DNA from: Trichormus sp. ATA11-4-KO1
Lineage (GTDB): Bacteria > Cyanobacteriota > Cyanobacteriia > Cyanobacteriales > Nostocaceae
Direction: 5' to 3'
NCBI GenBank assembly: GCA_019358915.1
Contig: JAHHIM010000065.1
Location: 128,001-192,000, forward strand
DNA: 64,000 bases
Below are positions 1 through 9,884 of the stretch, piece by piece. Position numbers and translations under genes: made by a program. The notes beneath the pieces were generated by a model, which was given only the letters and a program-made list of their open reading frames with translations, had not been told where the DNA came from and ran no database searches. How positions within the stretch are numbered: position 1 is the stretch's first letter; each line of letters starts with the position of its first letter.

Positions 1-813
1 CACGGCTGTTTCAAAGTCCGTCGCGGTCACATAATAGTTGGGAAACACGTCAATCAGTTGTCCTTGGGTGATATCTTTGTCAATTAGCCAATTAGCCAGC
101 AGCACCGGTCCCATACCTGCGATCGCACAGTCGCGGAGCGTGAGGGCGTTCGATATTACTACGTCTCCGTCGATAGGTACTTCGTTCACTATGCCATCGC
201 GATCGCGAAACAACCAGCGCGATCGGAAGTTTGGTAAGGTAAAAAGTAGGCATTTGTGATTTCTCAGGTCATCTGGAACATGTAAAGGCTGCGCCTGCTT
301 TAGGTAAGTGGGGCTGACGCACACCCGGTAGCGTGTATTGAATAACTTGATGCCGAACATACCAATGTCAATACTTGGTCCGAGGCGCACCGCCAGGTCT
401 ATGCGTTCGGACACTAAATCGAGGATCGTATCCGATAATAAAAGTTCAAGTTTGAGCTCCGGAAATAAAGCCCGGAATTCTGGAAGCAATGGCACAATGC
501 ACTTATGACCAAACGCCACTGAGGCTGTGAGGCGCAATGTCCCCACAGGACTGGCACTAACTGCAAGAGCTTCATCACGCGCATGGTCTAGCTCATCAAC
601 CAACGCCTCAATGCGACCGAAGTAGAGATTCCCGGCTTCCGACAAGGCTATGCGCCGTGTCGAGCGCTGGAATAGGCGTAAACCCAACTCGTGTTCGAGA
701 GCAGCAATTGCTCGCGATACGGACGACGGGTCTATATTGCGGTTTCGGGCCACAGCAGCAAAGCTACCACTACGAGCGACTTCGATGAAGATGCGTAAGT
801 TATTTAAATCCAT
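1..813 (-). CDS. LysR-family transcriptional regulator (C-terminus runs off window start)
   Basis: Manual translation from CAT at 811-813: MDLNNLRIFIEVARSGSFAAVARNRNIDPSSVSRAIAALEHELGLRLFQRSTRRIALSEAG, a classic LysR winged HTH. Missing from the ORF track, presumably because the stop lies outside the window. Confidence 0.95.
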   Translation of the reverse strand, partial: MDLNNLRIFIEVARSGSFAAVARNRNIDPSSVSRAIAALEHELGLRLFQRSTRRIALSEAGNLYFGRIEALVDELDHARDEALAVSASPVGTLRLTASVAFGHKCIVPLLPEFRALFPELKLELLLSDTILDLVSERIDLAVRLGPSIDIGMFGIKLFNTRYRVCVSPTYLKQAQPLHVPDDLRNHKCLLFTLPNFRSRWLFRDRDGIVNEVPIDGDVVISNALTLRDCAIAGMGPVLLANWLIDKDITQGQLIDVFPNYYVTATDFETAV

Positions 814-825
814 TCTTGTATAAAA

Positions 826-842
826 TGCACGAATATGATGCA
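826..842. promoter_or_regulatory. Putative LysR operator (TGCA-N9-TGCA dyad containing T-N11-A)
   Basis: TGCACGAATATGATGCA lies 13-29 nt upstream of the lysR start, the usual autoregulatory position. Confidence 0.45.
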
Positions 843-955
843 ACAAAAGGCATTGATTACATTGCACGTAATGAAGTATGTTTCATTTAGTTAAGTAAAG
901 AAAGTGTCCTTGAATAATGTGAATGTAAAGCATCTCTGATTAACGGCTTAATCTT

Positions 956-991
956 AGATTCTTTGTGCCGCTTTCTCCACTCAGAATGACA
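956..991. repeat. REP-like small dispersed repeat (AGATTCTT...CTCAGAATGACA type)
   Basis: Resembles a short palindromic repeat family common in cyanobacterial intergenic DNA. Confidence 0.5.
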
Positions 992-1028
992 AAATATATC
1001 AATTCATACTTCCACAAGTATCCTCTCA

Positions 1029-1156
1029 TAAGTAAGTCGGCAACGTAAAAGCGATGTGTATTTGATTTTGTTAAAACTGTGGAATGACATATTTCTAAGT
1101 TAGTTGCTTATTGTACATCTCGTTACATAGTCCAACTTGTTAACGCCAATTTACTT
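1029..1156. mobile_element. MITE-like element with degenerate terminal inverted repeats
   Basis: TAAGTAAGTCGGC...CGCCAATTTACTT ends, with ACATAG near the right end as in the 46844-46974 element. Confidence 0.5.
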
Positions 1157-1696
1157 CAATGGTATCTTCACAAATTGCTTCCATGTCCATATCATAAAGC
1201 AATGTCTTTTGTTCACGACAAATAAGTTATTTTAGGCTGTAATTGTAATCATAGAGCCTAGTGTAACTATTGTATTTAGCGTGTTTCCCGAGATAACTTG
1301 TTTAATATTATATCATTTTCCTTAGCCTATCAAAAAGCTAGGCAAATGAAAATGGTTAAAGATTTTGCTTTTAATAAAAATTAAAAATTGAAAATAATTC
1401 AACAGTCATCAAAACCAAGTATTGAGTTAATCATTGTAGCCATTTTTGGAGACAAATACTCTTGGATTATTTTCGATGAGTAGGTTGACCCACTCAATAA
1501 AAAATATTTTTAAATTTGCATAAACTTCCAATTAAATTCTGATAACTCTACAGATTGTATTTATTTAAGTTTTCTGAGAAAACCAAATTCATTTTTTTAT
1601 CATAACCAGTAAAAAAATAAATTTGGTCAGATAGTTTTGCCATGAAATGTGCGCAGAAAATCTTAACTATTAATTCTAAAAAGGAGATTTTTAGCA

Positions 1697-3181
1697 ATGA
1701 CACTGAACGAAACAATATACTCTATGAAACTTAAAGATCAGTCTTCTCAAGAGAATAAACCGAAATATAGTCATGATCCCAAAGGATTAGAATTGCCGTC
1801 TGATGCTTTGTCTCATGCTCAAGAAAGCAACGAGCTACTTCAGAAGTATCTGAACTCTGATGAGACTGTAGTAGGATTCGGGTACGGCGGCAGTGAATCC
1901 ATGACGCTTTTTTTGCAGAAACCGGGTAGTGAAAAATTTGTCCGCAAGGTACTGAGTGAACAACTGATTACTCCCAAATGGAGTCGCGAGGGAAGCAATG
2001 TTATGTTACCCCCTTGTGCGAAAGCCAAAAGTCAAACTCAATACCTGATGAATCTGCCGGATACAGTTAAACCTCTTTTCCCCAAAGTACTTAATATTAT
2101 CGAGCGTGAACAAAAAGCAACAGAGGATGATGGCTCTACAGTCTACGAATATATTTACGATATGACTTTTGTTCCTGGTATCGAAGTTAGCCAGTTCGTC
2201 AGAAAATATCACCCGCCGAAGAAAATTGTGGCAGCACTCTACCGCATCATCTTTCAACTTCTGAATGAAAAGATCCACAGCCAACGCCGCCGCCAAGTGT
2301 CATGTCCCACTTTGGAGCAATCATACTTTACCAAAATTGAAAAGCGTCTTGCTCTCGCGCAGGATACGGCACCAAAAACTTTTAGCGACAAACTGCTCAA
2401 AGCCGAAGAGATTATGATTAACGGCAAAAGAATGTCTAATTTGCCTCGTCTGCTGAGAAAATTTCGCCATAATTTAGCGTATCTCGATATTCTTGAGCCG
2501 AAATTCCATTCTCTAGTTGTAGGTGATACTAATACTGAGAATATAAAAATCGGCAATATCGAGCCATTGTTAAGGGATTATGTCAACTTCTCTATCACCA
2601 ACCCTCCCTTCAGCGCTGAGGATTTGGAGATTCGTTTTCTCGATCCACGTGCTATTGGGTTTCATGAAAACGGTGTCGATACTGGTGCCGATGATCCAAT
2701 GTACGACAACAAGCCGTGGCATAATAGCCTGGGCAATTATGACAAAATTCACGGTGAACATTTTGATCTTGCCTACCAGCTGCATAGAAACATACCCCAT
2801 ATTTTTCTTGCCTTTCATGAAGATAATCCGTATGAATATTCATACCGAGGCATAGAGGAACACTTTAGCGAAGTCATGAATGCGTGCTGGAATTTGGACA
2901 ATCCAGATTCAGATATCAATCGCAACGATCCTCACTGGCTCATCCGTTTTGTTTTCCTGATGGGTACGCATTTTATGGCTATGCCACCGTTTCACTTCAG
3001 CAAGGGTAAAGATGGTATTTTAATCGATGACGCACATAACCAAAGCCGTCCTTTGGCCATCTATGCTGAAGGAATTAAATGGCTGAATCTGACTCTGGAT
3101 CTACTCGAAGGAAGAATAGATGAGTTCCACGGTATCCCAGTTAATAAGTTCGGAATTCACAGAAATTTAGTGAACACATAA
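1697..3181 (+). CDS. Uncharacterised protein-kinase-fold (APH/choline-kinase-like) phosphotransferase
   Basis: Motifs in kinase order: GFGYGGSES, FVRK, YDMTFVPG, VGDTNTEN, FLDPR, DDPMYD. AAGGAG RBS upstream. Confidence 0.65.
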   Translation: MTLNETIYSMKLKDQSSQENKPKYSHDPKGLELPSDALSHAQESNELLQKYLNSDETVVGFGYGGSESMTLFLQKPGSEKFVRKVLSEQLITPKWSREGSNVMLPPCAKAKSQTQYLMNLPDTVKPLFPKVLNIIEREQKATEDDGSTVYEYIYDMTFVPGIEVSQFVRKYHPPKKIVAALYRIIFQLLNEKIHSQRRRQVSCPTLEQSYFTKIEKRLALAQDTAPKTFSDKLLKAEEIMINGKRMSNLPRLLRKFRHNLAYLDILEPKFHSLVVGDTNTENIKIGNIEPLLRDYVNFSITNPPFSAEDLEIRFLDPRAIGFHENGVDTGADDPMYDNKPWHNSLGNYDKIHGEHFDLAYQLHRNIPHIFLAFHEDNPYEYSYRGIEEHFSEVMNACWNLDNPDSDINRNDPHWLIRFVFLMGTHFMAMPPFHFSKGKDGILIDDAHNQSRPLAIYAEGIKWLNLTLDLLEGRIDEFHGIPVNKFGIHRNLVNT

Positions 3182-3251
3182 ACTTTTCTATACGTGTAAC
3201 AAAAAAAGATTTTTGCTGATGAAGCTGGAAGTGAAAAAAGGTGTTTGTCCT

Positions 3252-4694
3252 ATGAATTTCTCAAAATTTTCGTCGCCAAGTAGCCAAATTTTTAGTCAAA
3301 ACCAGTGCTTTCGAGGGCTGCTAAATGAGCGACGGATTTTTCCTACCCCTTGGCACTGGTGTGTTCATGGACTGGGGATCGGGCAAGAAGCTACTGGTTT
3401 TGAGCCGGATAAATCGAATCGGTTACTCGAAATAAGTCTTGCACTGTCTCGAAAAACGCAAACTGACTTTCACGTATTCACACATCATTTGTTACATGGT
3501 ATTGTTGCCACTTGTGCGGCTCTATCGTTAAGCGATCGCTACGCCCAACAAATTGCCCATGATCAATTCACAAGTGCAATAGAGCGGTTGCCAAGTCAAC
3601 ATTGGCAGTATGCACGTGCTTGCGCTTTGTTAACAGAAAGTCTAGTGAAACTCGGTCAGCTTGAAGCCTATCGAGATACTATTCATTGGCATTTGGCAAT
3701 TGCATTTAGACAAGTGGCGAGACTAGATCCAACCAATGACAAGCTTCGCTATGAAAAACTACAACTTTTCGCCAATCTCTTGTTAGCAGCAGGACAGGCA
3801 GGTTTTTCGGACTTGGGTGATACCTATGCCGATATAGCCTTGCAAGTGTCTACAACCATTTCCGATGTATTTTATCGAGGTAGAGGTTCAGCAATTATTT
3901 TTTCTGTCTTGGCAATTATCGGCTGCCAAGAGCAAGTATGCACTGGCCAAGAAAATCATCTTCAGAGGCTTTTGGATATCTTTGATGCAAAGTTAAATCA
4001 CTCATCAAGCCGAGATGCAGATGGTGTCCATGAGGGAAACGATTACTATATATTTCCCCTCTCGTTGATACTTAATGCAATTGCCGTATTGGATCGTCTT
4101 GATTATTTGATTTATCAAAGAGACTGGGTACAGCAAACCGTATCGTTGTTTCATACGCTTTCGCCAGCTTCCCAAGCTTCGCAGATCACCTTTTTTCTTT
4201 ATGCATTGGATAATCTGGGGATGCTTGATATGTATGTACCCGATGTGGTCACATTCTTTGATCAATGTATGCAAGGATATCTACAATCAACAGATGGCTT
4301 CCGAGTTGATGATTATTTACGCTGTACTTACCTGATTCATCTGGCGTGCCAGTTAGGAAGACCCGATATCCTTCATCCTCGCGTTTTGTCAATCTTGTCG
4401 TCAAGTGTAGCACAAGCGCCAGATTCTCAACGTTATTTGCAAAGCACTTATGGCTCCAGTTATATGGTTGCGGCCTATGCTTTATCTGCGTTCGATAGAC
4501 TCAGCCGATTAGATTTGTTGTTTAGTGAACAATTTAGCCTACCCGATGCCATTAGTCGTTTTCAAGATGACCCTGATGCCACAGCAATACATTCATCAAT
4601 AACTGCGTTGGCGCTGATGGAAACAGGGCTGCGAATGCGTCCTGTTGAATTTAGTGATACGCCGCTTTTCAATAATATTCAAATCAACAAGTAA
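3252..4694 (+). CDS. Hypothetical alpha-helical repeat protein
   Basis: About 480 aa ORF with recurring LxxAxxxLGxLDxx-like units. Start placed at ATG 3252; the ORF track starts at 3213. Confidence 0.7.
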   Translation: MNFSKFSSPSSQIFSQNQCFRGLLNERRIFPTPWHWCVHGLGIGQEATGFEPDKSNRLLEISLALSRKTQTDFHVFTHHLLHGIVATCAALSLSDRYAQQIAHDQFTSAIERLPSQHWQYARACALLTESLVKLGQLEAYRDTIHWHLAIAFRQVARLDPTNDKLRYEKLQLFANLLLAAGQAGFSDLGDTYADIALQVSTTISDVFYRGRGSAIIFSVLAIIGCQEQVCTGQENHLQRLLDIFDAKLNHSSSRDADGVHEGNDYYIFPLSLILNAIAVLDRLDYLIYQRDWVQQTVSLFHTLSPASQASQITFFLYALDNLGMLDMYVPDVVTFFDQCMQGYLQSTDGFRVDDYLRCTYLIHLACQLGRPDILHPRVLSILSSSVAQAPDSQRYLQSTYGSSYMVAAYALSAFDRLSRLDLLFSEQFSLPDAISRFQDDPDATAIHSSITALALMETGLRMRPVEFSDTPLFNNIQINK

Positions 4695-4816
4695 TAGTGT
4701 TGAAAAGCATTACTACATTGTCCGTTCCCAAGCATAGGACACTGTTGAAAAAACGTATCTAGTAATACATTAATATACATCTGATTCAGAAGCACAGATT
4801 CTCAAGGAGTGGGTAA

Positions 4817-5290
4817 ATGAGTGAAATCTCCGTGGTAAAACTACAAGTAAATGGAGAAGAAAAGGTAGTAAATGTTGCATATGACACACCAATTTTATGG
4901 ATACTTCGGGATCATCTGGGACTGAATGGGACAAAATTCGGTTGTGGGATGGCACAATGTGGTGCGTGTACAATACTTTTTGACGGTGTTCCCATACGTT
5001 CATGCGTGACACCAGTATCAGCAGTTGTTAACCAAGAAATATTAACTATAGAAGGTCTTGCGGCAAATAGTAATCACCCGATTCAGCAGGCGTGGGCAGA
5101 ACTAGATGTGCCGCAATGTGGATATTGTCAGTCGGGGCAAATGCTTGCTGCTGCGGCACTACTTTGTCAGAAGCAGCAACCCACAGATGCAGATATTGAT
5201 GCGGCGATGTCCGGCAACATTTGTCGTTGCGGTACTTATCAAAGCATCCGAGCCGCTATCCATAGAGCTGCTGATCTCATGTCCGCCTAA
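4817..5290 (+). CDS. Isoquinoline 1-oxidoreductase/aldehyde oxidoreductase-type small (2Fe-2S) subunit (IorA-like)
   Basis: GTKFGCGMAQCGACT, SC, QCGYCQSG and NICRCGTY cysteine motifs for two 2Fe-2S clusters. Confidence 0.95.
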   Translation: MSEISVVKLQVNGEEKVVNVAYDTPILWILRDHLGLNGTKFGCGMAQCGACTILFDGVPIRSCVTPVSAVVNQEILTIEGLAANSNHPIQQAWAELDVPQCGYCQSGQMLAAAALLCQKQQPTDADIDAAMSGNICRCGTYQSIRAAIHRAADLMSA

Positions 5291-5308
5291 ATAAGGAGAG
5301 TTGCCAGG

Positions 5309-7462
5309 ATGGAACCAAATATAATGAAGCGGCGCACTTTCCTGAAAGCATCCGGTGAAGTCGGCGTGGGTTTGTTTCTTGGGTTTTATTTGCCACTGCC
5401 CAATCGCCTGCAAGCCGCCGCCTCCCCAGCCAATCAAACACAGCCTCAGATCAATGCATTTATCAGGATTGTGCCGGATAATACCGTCACAATTATTGTG
5501 CATAAAGCGGAAATGGGGCAGGGAGTTTATACCTCTTTACCCATGATACTTGTCGAAGAACTCGAGGCCGATTGGGACAAAATTCGCATTGAATCTGCGC
5601 CTGTGCATCCCGACTATGACCATACCGTGTGGAAACATTATCAAGGTACGGGCGCTAGCACTAGTGTCAGCTCCACTTGGGATCAACTGCGGATCGCTGG
5701 TGCTACAGCACGTGAAATGTTGATTGCTGCGGCTGCAACAGTATGGGATGTATCACCGGGGAGTTGTGTGGCCGAAAAAAGTTATATCTTACATCCAGCG
5801 AGCGATCGCCGCTTATCTTTTGGAGAAGTAGCCGATCGCGCCGCTCAAATGCCGATCCCGGAGAACGTAACACTCAAAAAACCGAGTGAATTCAAACTCA
5901 TCGGTAAACCCATCAAGCGCTTAGACACCGACGACAAAGTTAAGGCTAAAGCAGTATTCGGGATCGATGTCCAAATTCCCGGTATGCTGATAGCAGTGAT
6001 GGCGCGTCCGTCAGTGTTTGGCAGTCGCTTGCAGCATTTTGACGCTGAGGCTGCCAAGGCTATTGCAGGAGTGAAACATGTGGTAGCACTGCCTATGGGT
6101 GTAGCTGTGGTAGCAGATAACTTCTGGGCAGCGAAAAAAGGGCGTGATGCACTGACAATCACATGGGATGAGGGACTTAATGCCGAGCTTTCATCTGAAG
6201 CCCTACTGTGCAAATATGCCGACCTAGCAAATAATTCTGGATTGGTCGTCAGAAAAACAGGCGCAGCAACATCAGCACTTGATGCAGCAGCCAAAAAGCT
6301 GGCAGCAGTATACGAAACACCTTACCTCGCCCATGCGCCAATGGAGCCATTAAACTGTGTGGCTGATGTGCGATCGCATAGTTGCGATATCTGGACTGGT
6401 ACACAGATGCAGACGACCGACCAGCAAGCAGCTTGTGAAATTACCGGACTGAAGCCCGAACAGGTGCAGATTCATACGACTTTACTGGGTGGTTCCTTTG
6501 GACGACGTTCTAATCCACATGGGGATTACGTCAAAGAAGCCGTGCAACTATCCAAAGCCATTAACAAACCGGTCAAAGTGATCTGGACGCGGGAAGACGA
6601 TATCAGAGGCGGCTATTATCGTCCGATGCATTACAGCACAATTGCCGCAGGACTAGATAAAAATGGCAACATTACTGCATGGTCTCATCGGTTGATTGGT
6701 GAGTCCATCGGCAAAGGTACTCCCTTTGAAAAGTTATTGATTCATGAAGGCATTGATCACCTTGCCATTGAAGGAGCAGATCACCCTTACGCAATTCCCC
6801 ACCAACTGGTAGATTATCACCCGGTTGATAATGGTGTGCCAGTGCTATGGTGGCGTTCTGTTGGTCACAGTTTCACAGCCTTTGTTGTTGAATCTTTCTT
6901 GGATGAATTAGCCGCCACATCTGGGCGAGATCCACTGGAATTGCGGCTTTCCATGTTAGGTGAGCAGCCACGACATCGAACCACCCTGGAACTCGCTGCG
7001 GAAAAAGCCGGTTGGGGAGGCCAGCTGCCCACAGGTGTTTACCAAGGGCTGTCCTTACATAAATCATTCGGTAGTATCGTTGCCCAGGTTGCTGAAGTAT
7101 CTGTTACCACCGATGGCAAGCCCCATATTCACCGAGTAATCTGTGCGGTGGATTGCGGTATCGTGATCAACCCTGACACTGTGCGCGCCCAAATGGAATC
7201 AGGCATTGTGTATGGCTTATCCGCCGCCTTGTATGGAGAGATTACATTTAAAAACGGTCGTGTACAGCAAAGTAATTTTCACGATTATCCTGTACTACGC
7301 ATGAATGAAATGCCAAAAATCGAAGTTTATATTGTGCAAAATACCGAAAAACCTAGCGGTGTAGGTGAAATTGCCACACCAGCGATCGCACCTGCGGTCT
7401 GCAACGCGATTTTTGCAGCAACAGGCAAACGAATTCGACGACTTCCTATAAGCAGGGGATAG
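5309..7462 (+). CDS. IorB-like molybdopterin-binding large subunit of the xanthine oxidase family, Tat signal
   Basis: KRRTFLK Tat motif; EMGQG, AHAPMEP, GGSFGRR, WRSVG and GVGE motifs. Confidence 0.95.
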   Translation: MEPNIMKRRTFLKASGEVGVGLFLGFYLPLPNRLQAAASPANQTQPQINAFIRIVPDNTVTIIVHKAEMGQGVYTSLPMILVEELEADWDKIRIESAPVHPDYDHTVWKHYQGTGASTSVSSTWDQLRIAGATAREMLIAAAATVWDVSPGSCVAEKSYILHPASDRRLSFGEVADRAAQMPIPENVTLKKPSEFKLIGKPIKRLDTDDKVKAKAVFGIDVQIPGMLIAVMARPSVFGSRLQHFDAEAAKAIAGVKHVVALPMGVAVVADNFWAAKKGRDALTITWDEGLNAELSSEALLCKYADLANNSGLVVRKTGAATSALDAAAKKLAAVYETPYLAHAPMEPLNCVADVRSHSCDIWTGTQMQTTDQQAACEITGLKPEQVQIHTTLLGGSFGRRSNPHGDYVKEAVQLSKAINKPVKVIWTREDDIRGGYYRPMHYSTIAAGLDKNGNITAWSHRLIGESIGKGTPFEKLLIHEGIDHLAIEGADHPYAIPHQLVDYHPVDNGVPVLWWRSVGHSFTAFVVESFLDELAATSGRDPLELRLSMLGEQPRHRTTLELAAEKAGWGGQLPTGVYQGLSLHKSFGSIVAQVAEVSVTTDGKPHIHRVICAVDCGIVINPDTVRAQMESGIVYGLSAALYGEITFKNGRVQQSNFHDYPVLRMNEMPKIEVYIVQNTEKPSGVGEIATPAIAPAVCNAIFAATGKRIRRLPISRG

Positions 7463-7525
7463 GGGACAGTAACGATAATGCTCCCTCATTTTTGCAATCA
7501 GCACTCAGATAAACCAGGAGGTAAA

Positions 7526-8623
7526 ATGACCACAACAACAACTGCTGCCGTAGTCCATGAACCCCAGGGGCAATTTACATTTGAAACCATTGAACTCGAT
7601 GATCTACGCAGCAACGAAATATTGGTTCGCAACCAAGCAAGCGGTATCTGCCATACAGATTTTGTAGCGCAAAATCTGATGAAACTGCCGGCTGTATTGG
7701 GTCACGAAGGCGCGGGGGTAGTGGAAGCTGTGGGATCAGGAGTCAGCCGAGTTAAACCAGGTGACCGAGTAATTCTTTCTTATCCTTGGTGTGGTGTTTG
7801 TCATGGGTGTCTAGAGGGTCAACCTTATTTCTGCGATCATCATATTCCCTTGGGATTTGGCGGCACTCGCTTAGACGGCTCGCACACAATTAAGTTGAGT
7901 GCAGAACGCATTTCTGGCGCATTTTTTCAGCAGTCCTCATTTGCTAACCACTCAATTACAGTAGAGCGCAATGTCGTGCCAGTTACTAGCAATCAAGCTG
8001 CCGAGATGTTGGCGGCCATTCCCTGTGGGGTACAAACTGGCGCGGGTTCTATTCTGAATACATTTAAAGTCAGCCCCAGAGACGGTTTGGCGATTTTCGG
8101 TGCTGGTGCTGTAGGTTTGAGTGCAGTTATGGCGGGTAAGCTAGTCGGTGCGTCGCCATTAATTGCTATCGACGTGGTAGAAGCGCGCTTGCATCTCGCT
8201 CTGGAATTGGGTGCCACCCATGTATTAAATGCCAAAGACGGGCAAGTTGCCGAGCGAATTAAAGAAATTGCTCCTCATGGTGTGCGCTATACCTTGGAGA
8301 CCTCTGGAAATGAGCAAGCACTCAACGATGCGATCGCCTGTCTGTCTACTGGTGGAGAATGCGGTATGGTAATTGCGCCCCATTTTGGCGAAAAATATCC
8401 GTTTTCCCCAACGCAAATTTTTAAACGTGCAGCAAATTTGCGGGGAATTATTCAAGGGTCTTCTGTACCAAATACGTTTTTGCCGACATTACTGGAATTA
8501 AATCAGCAAGGACGCTTTCCCTTTGAACGTTTGATCACTGTTTATGATTTTGAAGATATCAACAAAGCTGTGGCAGATACTAAAGCCGGTAAGGCAATCA
8601 AACCTGTTCTGAAAATGTCATAG
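7526..8623 (+). CDS. Zn-dependent NAD(P) alcohol dehydrogenase, aryl/benzyl-alcohol dehydrogenase type
   Basis: GICHTD, GHEGAG, CGVCHGC..C structural Zn, GAGAVG, FFQQSSFA. AGGAGG RBS before ATG 7526. Confidence 0.9.
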   Translation: MTTTTTAAVVHEPQGQFTFETIELDDLRSNEILVRNQASGICHTDFVAQNLMKLPAVLGHEGAGVVEAVGSGVSRVKPGDRVILSYPWCGVCHGCLEGQPYFCDHHIPLGFGGTRLDGSHTIKLSAERISGAFFQQSSFANHSITVERNVVPVTSNQAAEMLAAIPCGVQTGAGSILNTFKVSPRDGLAIFGAGAVGLSAVMAGKLVGASPLIAIDVVEARLHLALELGATHVLNAKDGQVAERIKEIAPHGVRYTLETSGNEQALNDAIACLSTGGECGMVIAPHFGEKYPFSPTQIFKRAANLRGIIQGSSVPNTFLPTLLELNQQGRFPFERLITVYDFEDINKAVADTKAGKAIKPVLKMS

Positions 8624-8678
8624 TCAGCTGTCTTTTACGGCTTTTGAATTTAATAGCAAAGAAAAGGAAATCTCAGTT

Positions 8679-9209
8679 ATGCAATTTATCGTATTTCTCT
8701 TAGCTGCCTTCTTGATGGGAGCCATTACCCCCATCTATCTGCCAATGAATAGCTCAGTGGCTCGGTATGTAGGTTCGCCAATTCTAGCCAATATGGCTTT
8801 CTTTTTCATGGGTCTAGCCACCACTCTCATAGCTTTGTCCATCACCTTGCTATTGACATCAAACACCGATGGGTTAGCGATCGCCGCAAAATTTAGAAAT
8901 GTGCCAATCTATCTATATCTTAGTGGTGTCTTTAGTGCTTTGTTAATCTTGGGAACCAGCGTTTTGATTCCCCGGTTGGGAGCTAGTACTTTTTTTGTTT
9001 TGTTTGTCTTGGGTCAGGTAGTAATGGCAGCAGTGGTCAGTCATCTAGGCATTTTAGAGTCTCCTAAAGACCCAATTTCGCTCCAAAAAATCGTTGGTAT
9101 CATCTTTTTAATTACAGGTGTAGGGCTAACCACATTTTCTCATGCTAAAGAAATCAGTTGGCTACCTACGGTCTTGAAGAGCGTTCGTGCCAGCCTTTGG
9201 GGCACATAG
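8679..9209 (+). CDS. DMT superfamily small transporter (YdcZ/DUF606-like)
   Basis: About 5 hydrophobic segments; NSSVARYVGSP, PRLGA, GQ and HLG pattern. Confidence 0.8.
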   Translation: MQFIVFLLAAFLMGAITPIYLPMNSSVARYVGSPILANMAFFFMGLATTLIALSITLLLTSNTDGLAIAAKFRNVPIYLYLSGVFSALLILGTSVLIPRLGASTFFVLFVLGQVVMAAVVSHLGILESPKDPISLQKIVGIIFLITGVGLTTFSHAKEISWLPTVLKSVRASLWGT

Positions 9210-9253
9210 CAGTGACCAGCAAAAACTTTAGCAAAATTTAGTAGAGGAGTGAA

Positions 9254-9691
9254 ATGCTAGTAAACGTTACAACCAGTTCTGTAATCAACGCATCTGTTAA
9301 ACAAGTGTGGGCGAAAGTCCGGAACTTTAACGGTCTGCCTGACTGGTATCCGTCTGTAATCGACAGCCACATAGAAAATGGTGAACCTAGCGATAAAATA
9401 GGCTGTATCCGGAGTTTTAATCGTGAAGATGGGCTAACTCTACGAGAGCAATTACTAGGACTTGATGATCAAAAACATGTCTGCACCTATCTCCTGTTAG
9501 AGCCTAGTCAGCCAATGACAGACTATATTTGCACTCTGCGGCTGTTACCAATTACAGATGGCGATCGCACTTATATCGAATGGTTGGCAGACTTTAAATG
9601 CTTACCTGAAGAAGAACCCGGATTACGGCAGAATCTAGAACAGGTGTTTCAGGTCGGTTTTGATGCCTTGAACAAAAGTTTCAGCAGCTAA
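9254..9691 (+). CDS. SRPBCC/polyketide cyclase-dehydrase (MxaD-like) protein
   Basis: INASVKQVWAKVRNFNGLPDWYP ... IGCIRSF ... LREQLL pattern. Confidence 0.85.
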   Translation: MLVNVTTSSVINASVKQVWAKVRNFNGLPDWYPSVIDSHIENGEPSDKIGCIRSFNREDGLTLREQLLGLDDQKHVCTYLLLEPSQPMTDYICTLRLLPITDGDRTYIEWLADFKCLPEEEPGLRQNLEQVFQVGFDALNKSFSS

Positions 9692-9713
9692 CAAAAAGAT
9701 TCTGGCTTGAGAT

Positions 9714-9859
9714 TATAGCGTTTTCTCATCTGCTGAAGTACTGAATACATCGCTAATAAAATTTGACAATCTTTGCGTAACTCTGCGCTACCTTAGCGTT
9801 CTTCTGCGTTAAAAAATATTAGTTCTGTACCTCACTTAATTGGGAATCGAATCGCTATA
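9714..9859. mobile_element. MITE-like insertion inside the cluster
   Basis: TATAGCG...CGCTATA termini with internal CTCTGCG/CTTTGCG-type short repeats. Confidence 0.55.
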
Positions 9860-9884
9860 TGGCTTCTCTGTATGTTAAGGAATA

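Noticed and set aside
38..259. 73-aa + strand ORF
   Set aside because: Antisense shadow of the LysR gene.
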